A stretch of 49,362 bases of DNA, taken from contig JBDRLL010000035.1 in the NCBI GenBank assembly GCA_043813075.1, positions 1 to 49,362 on the forward strand. Direction: 5' to 3'. The DNA comes from Candidatus Altiarchaeota archaeon. Its GTDB lineage: Archaea > Altiarchaeota > Altiarchaeia > IMC4 > SCGC-AAA252-I15. This document shows, one piece after another, positions 25,975 through 36,998 of the stretch (its first letter is position 1; the number at the start of each line of letters is the position of its first letter). The position numbers were made by a program, and so were the translations under genes. A model generated the notes under the pieces. That model did no database searches, was not told where the DNA came from, and saw nothing but the letters and a program-made list of their open reading frames with translations.

Positions 25975-28872
25975 TCAAACACTCTTGCGTCCTTTAATCA
26001 AGTAGGGCGCGCTGACCATTAACGACAGCGACAAGGCCAGTATCGCCGGCAATGCGGGCATGCAAGTGGACTTTGAACCCTTATCCTCCACCGTCTTCTT
26101 CACAGGAGCCTTGCCGCAGTCCGGGTCAACCCCTGCCTTACAGTCAGGATCGCAGACGCCGTCACCCGCATTAACGCACACCTTATCCCTGGAGTCTGGC
26201 CTGCAGTCCTTGGGACACGTCTCGACAGTCTCTGCCACGCCACACACGCCATCCTCGACACAGAAGTCCAACCCCCGCGCGTAGATGAGCTCGCCCTTCT
26301 TGAACAGCTTCACCCCAGCCATCTCCGGGAGGTACGGTATCCTATAGCTGACAGGCCTTGTGTCATAGGATATGTTGGAGTAGTCTGCACCCCCAAGTCG
26401 TGCGCCAAAATACTTGTAGTGAAGGTCGAACATCGCGCTCCACAACTCGTTCTCCTGCGCGTCAAAAACCATCAGATGATAGTCGCCATCGCCAGAGGGA
26501 ATCATTGTAGGCCTACCATCCTGTAGTATGACTTTTCTCTCGGAGACCTTACCGTCCTCACCGACGTCAAGCTCTACGACGACAACCTTGTCGAATGATA
26601 TGTTGCCGGCATAACCCTCCTCCGCGTCGCCGGGCATGCCGCCCATAAGCATTGAAGCCTCATCACCAACAGGGAGGAGGTTCACATACTGGAAGATGAA
26701 GCTAAAGACCAGGCTATTCGGATTCCCGCACTTCAACACAGGAACTGTAGCTAGATGAGCCTTGCTAGTCTCGTCAAAAGCCCTCGGGCCAGGAGACAGA
26801 ACATCAACGTCGGCGAAACTCATTATCGCGCGGCCGCCCTGGGAATTCTTGTTGCCGAGACAGCATATGCCGTAGCCCATGCCAGTACAACTACGGACAG
26901 CATGCCACCACTCGTCATCAAAGAAGTTACAGCACTCGTTGTTGGTGCTGTCGTTCGAGCCGTCGGGCGGGCAATCCTCCACGCCGCCACTCTTAAGGTA
27001 GTTGAGGTCGCCAGTAGCAGCACCGTCATTCTGCGAGTCCCCGTCATTGCACCTGCCGTCCGTAGCCCCAGCCACGTTACTGCAGTACTCGTCCTCCAGA
27101 CCGTATATGTGGCCCAGCTCGTGGGCGGTGACACTCGCATAGCCTGTGAAAGACCATATCGTGTCCGCGCCATTGCTTCTGCCGACCACGCCACCACACA
27201 GATTCTGGTCAGTCAAACCTATCACCGCATCATATTCCGAGCGGTCAATGCCCAGACCATCAACATGGTCTCTGACACTGCTGGTGTAGCAGTCAAAGTC
27301 GCCGGCACCAAGACCGTCAGCAAGGTCCACCTTCTCTACCTCAACCTCCTCGGGACAATCCTTCAGAGGAATTGCATTAATGAAGAAGTCCAGCTGTTCA
27401 TCAACCGCGTCGTCGAACTGCTGCTGTGTTCCAGCCCAGCGGACTGGCACGAACAAATACCTCAAGTTAGGCACTACAATGCATTTCCCGTCCTCGCAAG
27501 TGTCCTTGCAGACGTGGTTGAGCGACGTTATGCTGCCGTTCTCATCGCAGTAGAACTCTCTGAGTACCGTGTCGGAGACACAGTAGTCGGACATGAAGAG
27601 GGGTATGTTCATCACTGGTATGTCAATGGGCTCGATTTGCGATAACAACGTTGTGGTCGTCAGAACCAGCCTGTTCCTCAACTCATCCAGATACTTCGTG
27701 TTCTTCATGTCAACCATTTTTCCATTATCCAGTACAGCATATTCTGGTATGGTGAAATCATCGGGAGTATCCGCCTCAACAGGTACGTTGACCTGGAATA
27801 CGCCAGCCTCATCATACACGAGCCCTCCGTCCCCGTCATTGCACAAGCACTTGCCGTGAGCGCAGCCGCCCTCACACTCTATTATCTTCTCCCGCCTACG
27901 CTGGCTTTCATTGCAGTATTGTTCCTTAAGCGTTATGTCATTCACGCACGTGTCCGCATAGTATATGCCCTGTATGTTGAGCATGCTCGTGTCGACGGTA
28001 ATGCCCTGATCATTTGGATGTGCCTTAGGCTTGTCTGGGAGGACCTCCTTGGTTGAACCGAAAACGTAGGGCATCATGCCGCCGTCATTCTCAGTGCACC
28101 CGCAACCCTCCTTGTCCACAGGAGTCCCCTCAGGAGTGCCCGGACAGTTATCCCAGCCGTTCAATACGCTGTCGTGGTCGTCGTCGAGGAACTGCCAAGG
28201 CAAGACCTGCGGAGGCTGCGTCGAGAGCACTATGGTCGGCTGGGTTGTCGGAGTGAGCTCGTCTATCAGGTCGGAAGCCTTAGGATACTTCTTGACGGTC
28301 GTGGTTGTAGTGGAGATGATGGGTACATGCAACGTGGTCGTGGAGATGATTGGTATGAATAAGGTAGTGGTTGTGGATATGACCGGCCTGAACATGGTAG
28401 TCATGGTGGTCGAGGGCGTGGCAGTGCCGCATGAACACTGATACCTGGAGACTTCAACGCACGACTGGCCTTTCGGGCACCTGCCCTCGCACTTCCCGTA
28501 CAATGTATCGTAGTAGCAGTAGTATGGCGGCTGGGTTGTGGTTGTCCCGCACGAGCACTTGCCGCCACCATAGTCTATGCACGACTCGCCCTTAGGACAG
28601 ACTCCAACACACGAAGAAAGCTTCCTGTCATAATCACAGTAATATCTAGATAACGTCGTTGAAGTGGATGTGGTGACACAGTCACAGTAGCCGCCCGCAT
28701 GAGTAAGGTAAGGCTTGAACACGCAAGTGCCCGCACTACATGCACCCAGATTACAGTCCGCCTGGCTTGACGCCGTCTTTATCGAATAACAATCCGGTTG
28801 CTGTGAAAAAGCCACAGTCGACAAAAAAATAAAGGAAAACACCAGTCCAAGAAGTTTATGCAGTGAGTCCAT
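25975..28872 (-). CDS. secreted, C-terminally anchored Cys-rich zinc metallopeptidase-like protein
   Basis: Signal peptide, tandem Cys repeats, Thr-rich spacers, TSP3-like DDDHDSVLNGWDNCP, HELGHIYGLEDEY zinc motif, C-terminal TM with basic tail. Confidence 0.8.
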   Translation of the reverse strand: MDSLHKLLGLVFSFIFLSTVAFSQQPDCYSIKTASSQADCNLGACSAGTCVFKPYLTHAGGYCDCVTTSTSTTLSRYYCDYDRKLSSCVGVCPKGESCIDYGGGKCSCGTTTTQPPYYCYYDTLYGKCEGRCPKGQSCVEVSRYQCSCGTATPSTTMTTMFRPVISTTTTLFIPIISTTTLHVPIISTTTTTVKKYPKASDLIDELTPTTQPTIVLSTQPPQVLPWQFLDDDHDSVLNGWDNCPGTPEGTPVDKEGCGCTENDGGMMPYVFGSTKEVLPDKPKAHPNDQGITVDTSMLNIQGIYYADTCVNDITLKEQYCNESQRRREKIIECEGGCAHGKCLCNDGDGGLVYDEAGVFQVNVPVEADTPDDFTIPEYAVLDNGKMVDMKNTKYLDELRNRLVLTTTTLLSQIEPIDIPVMNIPLFMSDYCVSDTVLREFYCDENGSITSLNHVCKDTCEDGKCIVVPNLRYLFVPVRWAGTQQQFDDAVDEQLDFFINAIPLKDCPEEVEVEKVDLADGLGAGDFDCYTSSVRDHVDGLGIDRSEYDAVIGLTDQNLCGGVVGRSNGADTIWSFTGYASVTAHELGHIYGLEDEYCSNVAGATDGRCNDGDSQNDGAATGDLNYLKSGGVEDCPPDGSNDSTNNECCNFFDDEWWHAVRSCTGMGYGICCLGNKNSQGGRAIMSFADVDVLSPGPRAFDETSKAHLATVPVLKCGNPNSLVFSFIFQYVNLLPVGDEASMLMGGMPGDAEEGYAGNISFDKVVVVELDVGEDGKVSERKVILQDGRPTMIPSGDGDYHLMVFDAQENELWSAMFDLHYKYFGARLGGADYSNISYDTRPVSYRIPYLPEMAGVKLFKKGELIYARGLDFCVEDGVCGVAETVETCPKDCRPDSRDKVCVNAGDGVCDPDCKAGVDPDCGKAPVKKTVEDKGSKSTCMPALPAILALSLSLMVSAPYLIKGRKSV

Positions 28873-28931
28873 GCGTATACCCTGATAAGATATGTTATTT
28901 AATTAATATACACTCAAGGAAAATATCAAAT

Positions 28932-29897
28932 ATGGAATTCCAGACTGTCATCGACTTGTTCCTGCCATACATGCCGAACATAATCGGCATAGTAATAACC
29001 CTGCTGGTGACGCACATACTACTGCGGTCAACAGGAAAGATACTCTTTAGAGTGCACAAACACTTCAACATACCCTACAGCCACTACCTTACGGTCAGAA
29101 CATTTGTCCGCGCAGGCATCTACCTGCTGACCACACTGATAGTCATCATGTTCATACCCGGCGTCAACCAGCAAATCCTGGCGCTTGTCGGTATAGGCCT
29201 TGGAGTCCTCGTATCGCTCTCATCAACAACAACAATAGGGAATGCTGTTGCGGGAACCATAATATACATAACCCGGCCCATAAGGGAGGGAGACCGCGTT
29301 GAGATAGGCGGCGGTGCGGAGGGGGATGTGGTAAGTCTTGAACTGCTGTTCGTCCACATCAAGACCATCAAAGACGAGATTGTCTCCATACCCTCGCTCA
29401 TGGTATTGAACAACAGGATAGTGAACTACAGTCAGCTGGATAAGTTCATAATACACGTCGATCTGTCGCTGGGATACGACCTTGATCCGGGGGACGTTGA
29501 GAAACTGCTTATCGAATCCGCCAAGGCGACGGACGGAATACTCGAAGAACCAGAGCCGTTTGTGCTGATAACATCCTTAGACGACTATAACGTGAAATAT
29601 GAGGTCAACGGATACAGCGACAAACCGCAGAGCAAGGTGAAGATAGAAACAGACTTGAGATACAACATAATATCAGACTTCACGCGATGTGGCGTCCAGA
29701 TAATGTCGCCCGCATTCATCAACATAAAGAATATGATAGGCATCGACAAGGTCATACCCGAGCACGTGACCTGCCCGCTCATACCCAGCCACTTCAAGAA
29801 GCCGGACGACGTTATGGCAACAAAGAAGGAGATGGTTGAGGCCAAGAAAAAGCTCGAGGAGAAGAAGAAGGAAGACATAAAGATGGTTGATGAATGA
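28932..29897 (+). CDS. mscS: small-conductance mechanosensitive channel family protein
   Basis: Three TM segments, GNAVAG.II...RPIREGDRVEI, IPS...NNRIVNYS, EPEPFV. Confidence 0.92.
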   Translation: MEFQTVIDLFLPYMPNIIGIVITLLVTHILLRSTGKILFRVHKHFNIPYSHYLTVRTFVRAGIYLLTTLIVIMFIPGVNQQILALVGIGLGVLVSLSSTTTIGNAVAGTIIYITRPIREGDRVEIGGGAEGDVVSLELLFVHIKTIKDEIVSIPSLMVLNNRIVNYSQLDKFIIHVDLSLGYDLDPGDVEKLLIESAKATDGILEEPEPFVLITSLDDYNVKYEVNGYSDKPQSKVKIETDLRYNIISDFTRCGVQIMSPAFINIKNMIGIDKVIPEHVTCPLIPSHFKKPDDVMATKKEMVEAKKKLEEKKKEDIKMVDE

Positions 29898-29899
29898 CT

Positions 29900-31600
29900 T
29901 CACATCCTCTCTGGAGCATCTATCCCCAGAAGACCAAGTCCTGCCTTCACAACGTCCCTGACCGACTCCACTAGGAGCAGACGCCTTGACTTGACGTCAT
30001 CCGCCGAATCAAGCACAGGACACTTCATGTAGAACCTGCCGTACTCGGAGGTCAAGGCCAGGAGATATGTGGCCAGCACGTCAGGCCTCAATTCGACAGC
30101 TGACTTCTCTACGGACTCGGGGAAAGATGATAGCCTCTTGACTAGAGCCCATTCCTCGTCAACTTCAATGTCGATAGAGTAGTTCTCCCTGTCGTACTCA
30201 CCAGCCTTCTCCAGCATCCTGCAGCTCCGGGCGTGAGCGTACTGTATGTAGGGCGCAGTCTCTCCCTCAAAATCCAACGCTTCACCCCACCTGAAGGTTA
30301 TCTGCTTGTTGGGCTGGGTCTTGACTATGTGAAACTTAACGGCCCCAACCCCCACAAGGGGGGCTATTGACTCGTCAGCGATCTCACGCTTACGGACCTC
30401 CTGCAATGCCTTCTCCACCGCCTCGTCCAAAAGCACGTCTATGGACGCTATCCTACCCTTCCTTGTGGAAAACTTCTCGCCCTCAAAGCTTACGAAACTG
30501 TAGTGGACTGGCTCAAGCCTCCCCGTGAAGCCGAGTATGCCCTCCAGTATGGCCTTCAACTCCCTGAACTCGAGCTTGTGGTCCTCACCCAGAACATTTA
30601 TTATCCTGCCTTTAGGGCCGGCTATCTTCTCCTTAGCAAGATGGTATGCGAGGTCACGGGTCAAGTATACTGTCGTCCCGTCGCTCCTAGCCAACACGCT
30701 GATGCCGCTCTTCTTCTCCACCCCAAAGGATGATAGGTCGAGGCCTGAACCAAAATCCTCCTCAACCCAGTGTTCAGATGCCTTAGCCAGCCCTATGACC
30801 TTGAATGCGCTGCCGTCCCGTATGGAATCGCTTTCATAGTCAAAGACGTTGAATGATATTCCCATGCGGGAGTATGATTCCAGCTGGCCTTCAAGGCAGT
30901 CTTTCGCAGCGTTTGTTATCTTCTCAAGGGATGATGAATCACCGGATTCAGCCCGCCGTATCAGTTCCTGCACCCTCGCCTTAAAGTCCCCGTCCTCCTC
31001 GAAACGCGCGAAAGAAGGCACGTATACCGCGAACATCTGGAAGTCCTTCTTGCCCATGTACTTTGGATATTCAGACTCGACCTCGCTGCTGGGCATTATG
31101 CCTTCCTCGATACCCAACGCTATTATGGCTATCTGACGGCCTATGTCGTTGACATAGTAGTGGGTTTCAACATCGTATCCTGCGTAGACTAGTATCCTGC
31201 GTAGGCTGTCGCCTATTATGCTGTTGCGCAGCCTGCCGACGTGCACTGGGCCGGTAGGGTTCACTGAAGTGTGTTCGAGTATTATTCTTTCTTTTTTGCT
31301 GCCCCTACCATAGTCTGCACCTTTGAATTCTCCAAGGAATTGCCTTGTGTACTCGGCGCGGTCCAGGTGGAAGTTCACGTAACCATTAACAGCCTCGACA
31401 CGCGCTATCAGGCTAGTGGGCTGTATGGATGCCGCCAGTTCCACCGCAATCTTTACGGGATTCTCCCCCCGGGATTTAGCCAGCTTGAATGCTACGGGAG
31501 AACCATAGTCTGCGACAGGAGACTCGACTATGTCTTCAAGCTTCACGCCAGACCCGGCTTTTTTCACGAGTTGCTCCAGTATGTGTTGGCGCGCGTCCAT
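29900..31600 (-). CDS. argS: arginine--tRNA ligase
   Basis: EHTSVNPTGPVHVGRLRN (HIGH), KFSTRKG, YIQYAHAR, C-terminal LGIDAPERM. Confidence 0.98.
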   Translation of the reverse strand: MDARQHILEQLVKKAGSGVKLEDIVESPVADYGSPVAFKLAKSRGENPVKIAVELAASIQPTSLIARVEAVNGYVNFHLDRAEYTRQFLGEFKGADYGRGSKKERIILEHTSVNPTGPVHVGRLRNSIIGDSLRRILVYAGYDVETHYYVNDIGRQIAIIALGIEEGIMPSSEVESEYPKYMGKKDFQMFAVYVPSFARFEEDGDFKARVQELIRRAESGDSSSLEKITNAAKDCLEGQLESYSRMGISFNVFDYESDSIRDGSAFKVIGLAKASEHWVEEDFGSGLDLSSFGVEKKSGISVLARSDGTTVYLTRDLAYHLAKEKIAGPKGRIINVLGEDHKLEFRELKAILEGILGFTGRLEPVHYSFVSFEGEKFSTRKGRIASIDVLLDEAVEKALQEVRKREIADESIAPLVGVGAVKFHIVKTQPNKQITFRWGEALDFEGETAPYIQYAHARSCRMLEKAGEYDRENYSIDIEVDEEWALVKRLSSFPESVEKSAVELRPDVLATYLLALTSEYGRFYMKCPVLDSADDVKSRRLLLVESVRDVVKAGLGLLGIDAPERM

Positions 31601-31772
31601 GACTGAGTATATATTGAATTTGATTGTTAAATGTTAGAAAACCACAAATTTTTAAAATAAAAGATTATTTTATATTTTAGAAAAACAATCAGTATATTAT
31701 AAATAGGGTGGGTTTGCGGGATGGCTTCATGGAATCCTATTTTAATCAAACATATATTTAATACTATATGAA

Positions 31773-34700
31773 ATGGATGTCCTAGACAAGATTAACAGAA
31801 CAATAAAGAAGAGTATAGCGGACTACTATTTCAACAAGGGTATGCGGAAGGCAGCCCTCGAATACTACCTGAGATGCCTGGAGATAAGCATAAGACTGAA
31901 AGACCAGCCCAACATCGCGCTAGCGCACGACAGGGTTGGGGACTGCTACGAAAGCCTGAGACACAACAAAAAAGAGGACATGGCAAGAGACCACACGAAA
32001 GCAGGGGAACACTACCTAAAGTCCGCCAGGGAATTCATAAAGATGAGGCAACTGGAAAAGGCGGGCGAGATATTCGAAAAAGCGGCTAAAACCCTGGAAG
32101 AGCTGAACGAATACGAGAAGGCCGCTCAGATATACCTCAGGGCCTCAGACATGTTCGTCGAGGAGGGAGACAACTTCAGCGCAAGCTTCGCCCAGCACAA
32201 GGCAGCGGAATACTACGAGAAGAACGAGCAATACGAGAACGCCGCGAAAGCATACCTGGACACGACACTACTGTACATGAGGATAAAAGACACTTCAAAG
32301 GCGAGCATAGCATTCAAGGCGGCTGCCAAGAACTTCGAGAAGGAGAAGATGTGGCAGAATGCGGTAGACGCGTACTCTGACGCCGTTGAAATAGACACGC
32401 TAGCCAGGAAATACCTGAATGTGGCGGACTCGTATGAGAGCATAGCGAGAGTCTACACCATCCTGGAGGACTCGAGGAACAGCATATACTACCACCTCAA
32501 GGCCGCGGAGATAAGGTACAGCAACAAGGAATTGGACGGTTCAGCGGCAAGCTACAGGGACGCTGGAGACATATACTTCAAGGACGAGGACTACGAGAAA
32601 TCGATAGAATACTACAGGAAATCAGCCGACATATTCACAAAAGCCAAGAACCACCTTCAGGCGGCGACATCGTTCATAAGGACTGCTGAATCATACAGCA
32701 AGACAGGAGAACACAAGAAGGCCGGGAAATACTTCATAGAAGCCTCCAAGTCCGCTGAAGCGGGCGAGAACGTCAAGATACTGGCTGACGGATACACCAA
32801 GGCCGCTGAATCATACAGCAAGTTCGCGGAAGAATGCATAGAGAAAAACGATTTCGACGAGGCCGCGAAATCACTGCTGACGACGGCATCATGCTTTGAG
32901 AACATAAAGGACTACGAGATGTCGGCGGAAAAATACCTGGAGTACGCGGAGTTGATGTGGAACATAGACGAGAAGGAGAAGGCGTTGGAGGGATACAGGA
33001 ATGCTGCGGAAGAGTACATAAAATCAGGCAGGCTCTGGGATGCGGGAGAGTCATTCTACTACACCCAGGACTACTCGCGTTCAGCCGACATATTCATGAA
33101 ATACTCGCAGGAGATGGAAGCCAAGAAAGACTACTACGCCGCCGCGACAGGATACTATCACGTTGCAGTAGCCCAACGAAGCATGAACAACAACGTAATG
33201 ATGAAACAGTACTTCCTGAGGGCCATATCCCAGATAACAAAGTACCTGGAGTCATTCACCCAACCACCAGACAAGGGGGATGAACTGGTTTCATACGGAG
33301 ACGCGAGGAGGATGCTTGGCGAAAGCCACCAGGCGGTAATGGAGTTGAGGGACGCGGAAAAACAATACAAGAAAGCCCTGGAGATATACGAGAAGGTGGG
33401 CGACAAACAAAGGATAACCGTGGCAAAAGCGCTCCTCCGCAAGATGGAGGCAGAACACGCGATAGACCACGGATACTACCCAAAAGCAAGCACAATGCTG
33501 GAAGAATCCAAGGAACTGCTGGAAGCATCCATCAGAGAGGGGAACTGGAAGAGGATCTACGCAGACTACCTGGAGAGAAACCTCAAGGAAGTGGTGAATA
33601 TGATAGAGGTCATAAAGATGAAGCCAAAGGTGGTTCTGGACGTAGACCAGAGGACGTACACGTTCCCAGACATACCGCTGATACTCAACTTCAAGCTGAC
33701 CAACACAGGCCAGCACCCGATGAAGGAGATAAGCTTCCTGGAACACCTGCCTGAAGACATAAAACTCACGCGACTCCCGGAAGTCATACAGGAACTGGAA
33801 GCCAACGGAGTGCGGAGAGGCTCCATAGAACTGACGCCCACCCAGACAGGATTCTACAGGCTAAGGCCGCTGGAAGTATACTACGAAGACCAGGAGAGCC
33901 ACAAGTACGTGAAGGCGTGCAACGAGATGAGCGTTGAGGTTGTCGAACGGCCTGGACAAGACTACAAGAGCCATCGGACGGCAGTTGAGACATTCATTAA
34001 GTACGCTAAATCCCAGGAGGCTAACGAGAACTGGTTCCAGGCTGGCGACGGATACAGGGAGGCGGCGGAGACGTACGGCAGATTCAACAGCGACGACACC
34101 CTGAGAGACCACTACACTAATGCCGCCAAAAGCTATTACAAGTACTGGGAGGAGAACAAGGACCTCACAGAGGAAGACCCCACCAAACTCAAGAGGCTGG
34201 GAGACTCCCTCTGGTTTGCGGGAGAAGCATACCGCAACATAGGGAAGCTGGATGACGCGATAAAATCCTATGAGGCGTCGAAGAGGTATTATAACGCCTG
34301 CAGGATGCACTTCCTTGCGAACAGGTCCGAGTCGTTCAAGCTGAAGACTGATGGGATAAGGTCGGTTAAATACGGCGACTATGAGAAGGCTGAGAAGCAG
34401 TTCAACGACGCCCTCGAATTCCTTAACGACGTGGTAAAGTCGAGCGGATTCACGATAGAGGAGATAAAGTACTTGGAGAAGAACGAGGACGAGATAAAAT
34501 CCATGATAACCACGATAAAGGAGAAGCCGGAGATATACGTAAGCGTTACGGGCCCATTGAATGCCTCACCCAACGAGGTCATAACCTACCGGGCGGCGAT
34601 CACAAACCCGCAGGAATACATGGTTAAGGCGGTCAGGGCGATGGTCACCCCCGCAGAGGGTGTGGATGTAGTGAGGAAGCCGGAGCTCATACCTTCGATA

Positions 34701-36983
34701 AAGGCGGGGGAGACTATTGAAGTGGAGTTCCAGGTGAAACCGGTTAGAACGGGAGAGTACCATTTCAACCCCCTTGACGTCACCTACAGGGACAACAAGA
34801 ACAACTCGTTCATGAAGGGCAGCAACGAAGTCTCGCTGAACGTGAGCGGCGAGGGCATAACACCTGAAATATCCGGGGAAGGGGGTGAAGGCAGGGACGT
34901 CATACTCAACGTAGACCAGTACAGCTACATACTAAAGAACACCAGGCTGGTGCTGAACGCGGAGATAATCAACAACACCGGAGACAAGATACAGGAGGTC
35001 AACTTCCTCACGAACGTCCCTCCAGACATAAGGGTGGAGTCATCCCCGAAGAGGATGCTGGAACTCGAAGACAAAGGCTCCAGAAAGGTCTCCCTAGAGG
35101 TGACGCCCACCATTTCAGGGGAATTCAGGGTTAGGCCGTTGGAAGTGTTCTACAAGGACCCTGCAGGACACAAGTACGTGAGGGCGAGTAATGAGGTGAC
35201 CATGGACGTTGTGGAGACGCCTGAAACAGACTATAAGAACTACCATATGGCAGTCGAAGTGTTCATAAAATACGCGAGGTCTCAGGAGGATAACAAGAAC
35301 TGGTTCCAGGCCGGCGACGGATACATGCAGGCGGCGGAGACCTACGGCAGATTCAACAGCGACGAGAGGGTCAGGGAGTTGTATAGGCGGGCTATTGAAA
35401 ATTACGGGAAATTCGTGGACGAAAACAAGGATGAGAAGCTGGAGGACTACGTTAAGATAAAACGGATGGCAGACGGCCTATGGCATGCCAGCATATGCGA
35501 GATGAACATAGGGGAGAACAAGGATGCTGTGAAGAAGCTGGAGAAATCGCTGGAGTACTATGACCAGGCGGGGCTGGAAGACATGAGGGACATAATAGGC
35601 GGCGTGATGCACGACATAAAGGGGAAGATCCAGCTGGAGCAGGGCATGCATGAGAACGCTGAGAAGGAGCTGGAGGAATCCATGACGCTCCTCAAGAAGG
35701 TCATAAAGGCCGGCGGCATCGAGCTGAGTCTCATGAACCTGCTGGAGAGGACGAGGAGCGAGGTTGAGTTGATGATTGAGAATCTTAAGACAAAACCGGA
35801 CGTCATACTGAAGGTCGACATCCCGGATAAGGTAAGCGTCGGGGAGACGTTCGTCATAAACGCCACCATAAGCAACATGAGCAGTTCCCCAGTACTAAGG
35901 ATACTTGTGGAGCCCACACTGCCAAAGGAATTCAAGCTTATACGGACCACGGATGAGATAAAGAGCATAGAGCCGGGCAAGTCATCGAAGGCGATAACCG
36001 AATTGAAGTGCATTAAGGAGGGTGAATACTCGTTCATACCGTTCAGCATAAAATACATGGACCAGAACAACAGGAACTACATGAAAGGGTCCGGCGAGGT
36101 TAGCATAGCGGTCGTGAGCGGCGAGGCCGTGGAGGAGGGCAAGGCAAAAACCGAGGAAGAGGATGAGGGAGTGTCGATAACAGTGAAACAACCCGGGACC
36201 GCGATTATAGGGAAGCCTTTAACCCTGAGGGTCAGTGTAGTCAACAACTCAAAGCAGAAGGTTAACGGGCTCCGTTTCATAGGCAACCCGTCAGAAGGGT
36301 TTGAGAGGGGCGAGTCGCCCCCACCCATGGATGAGATAGAGCCGGGTGTGATAGAAAAGTTCGAGTACGTGTTCACCCCGCGTGAGAAAGGAGAGTTCAA
36401 CGTTAAGCCGCTTGAAATGTTCTACAGAGACATTCATGGGACAAGATTCTTCAAGTCCAGCAATGAAGTCAGGATAAACGTGGTTGCTGAAGGAGAGAAG
36501 GTGGATGAAGGAAAGACCGAGGGCGGGCTGAAGGTTGGGCTGACATACATAATAATGGATGATGAGAGGTATGCGGCAGTAAGACTATTCCAGAAACAAC
36601 TGGATGAGGGCTACAGCGGCATTTACGTGACCAGAAGCAACCCAGCACACATAAAGAGCCAGTACAATCTCGAGAAGACCAGGTACATCTGGCTGAGCGA
36701 CGTGAAGACAGGAGTGGAATACAAGTGCGTTTCAGACCCCCAGGAACTGTCCGACATACTCACGAACTTCATCGAGTCGGACGAAAGGAGCATGATACTG
36801 CTTGAAGGCATAGAATACCTGATAGACACCGTCGGATTCAGCATAACAAGAGAGTTCATACAATTCATAAGAGACAAGGTAAGCACCAGCGACGCTATAA
36901 TGGTTATAAGAGCCAGCCCAGCCGCAATAGACCCCAAACAACTGAAGAAACTGGAACACGAGTGTATTTTATACGGAAAATAA
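31773..36983 (+). CDS. giant alpha-SNAP/TPR-like repeat protein with five Ig-like domains and a C-terminal DUF835-like domain
   Basis: About 600 aa of KAAExY-type helical repeats; five beta domains ending P(L/F).V.Y.D....Y.K.SNEV; C-terminal GIYVTRSNP..I...YIWLS...ILLEGIEYLI...F...IRDKV; no signal peptide or TM. Confidence 0.85.
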   Translation: MDVLDKINRTIKKSIADYYFNKGMRKAALEYYLRCLEISIRLKDQPNIALAHDRVGDCYESLRHNKKEDMARDHTKAGEHYLKSAREFIKMRQLEKAGEIFEKAAKTLEELNEYEKAAQIYLRASDMFVEEGDNFSASFAQHKAAEYYEKNEQYENAAKAYLDTTLLYMRIKDTSKASIAFKAAAKNFEKEKMWQNAVDAYSDAVEIDTLARKYLNVADSYESIARVYTILEDSRNSIYYHLKAAEIRYSNKELDGSAASYRDAGDIYFKDEDYEKSIEYYRKSADIFTKAKNHLQAATSFIRTAESYSKTGEHKKAGKYFIEASKSAEAGENVKILADGYTKAAESYSKFAEECIEKNDFDEAAKSLLTTASCFENIKDYEMSAEKYLEYAELMWNIDEKEKALEGYRNAAEEYIKSGRLWDAGESFYYTQDYSRSADIFMKYSQEMEAKKDYYAAATGYYHVAVAQRSMNNNVMMKQYFLRAISQITKYLESFTQPPDKGDELVSYGDARRMLGESHQAVMELRDAEKQYKKALEIYEKVGDKQRITVAKALLRKMEAEHAIDHGYYPKASTMLEESKELLEASIREGNWKRIYADYLERNLKEVVNMIEVIKMKPKVVLDVDQRTYTFPDIPLILNFKLTNTGQHPMKEISFLEHLPEDIKLTRLPEVIQELEANGVRRGSIELTPTQTGFYRLRPLEVYYEDQESHKYVKACNEMSVEVVERPGQDYKSHRTAVETFIKYAKSQEANENWFQAGDGYREAAETYGRFNSDDTLRDHYTNAAKSYYKYWEENKDLTEEDPTKLKRLGDSLWFAGEAYRNIGKLDDAIKSYEASKRYYNACRMHFLANRSESFKLKTDGIRSVKYGDYEKAEKQFNDALEFLNDVVKSSGFTIEEIKYLEKNEDEIKSMITTIKEKPEIYVSVTGPLNASPNEVITYRAAITNPQEYMVKAVRAMVTPAEGVDVVRKPELIPSIKAGETIEVEFQVKPVRTGEYHFNPLDVTYRDNKNNSFMKGSNEVSLNVSGEGITPEISGEGGEGRDVILNVDQYSYILKNTRLVLNAEIINNTGDKIQEVNFLTNVPPDIRVESSPKRMLELEDKGSRKVSLEVTPTISGEFRVRPLEVFYKDPAGHKYVRASNEVTMDVVETPETDYKNYHMAVEVFIKYARSQEDNKNWFQAGDGYMQAAETYGRFNSDERVRELYRRAIENYGKFVDENKDEKLEDYVKIKRMADGLWHASICEMNIGENKDAVKKLEKSLEYYDQAGLEDMRDIIGGVMHDIKGKIQLEQGMHENAEKELEESMTLLKKVIKAGGIELSLMNLLERTRSEVELMIENLKTKPDVILKVDIPDKVSVGETFVINATISNMSSSPVLRILVEPTLPKEFKLIRTTDEIKSIEPGKSSKAITELKCIKEGEYSFIPFSIKYMDQNNRNYMKGSGEVSIAVVSGEAVEEGKAKTEEEDEGVSITVKQPGTAIIGKPLTLRVSVVNNSKQKVNGLRFIGNPSEGFERGESPPPMDEIEPGVIEKFEYVFTPREKGEFNVKPLEMFYRDIHGTRFFKSSNEVRINVVAEGEKVDEGKTEGGLKVGLTYIIMDDERYAAVRLFQKQLDEGYSGIYVTRSNPAHIKSQYNLEKTRYIWLSDVKTGVEYKCVSDPQELSDILTNFIESDERSMILLEGIEYLIDTVGFSITREFIQFIRDKVSTSDAIMVIRASPAAIDPKQLKKLEHECILYGK

Positions 36984-36998
36984 ATAACTAACCCTAAG

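Noticed and set aside
26755-27645. 296-aa plus-strand ORF
   Set aside because: Antisense shadow of the metallopeptidase gene, with no independent motif
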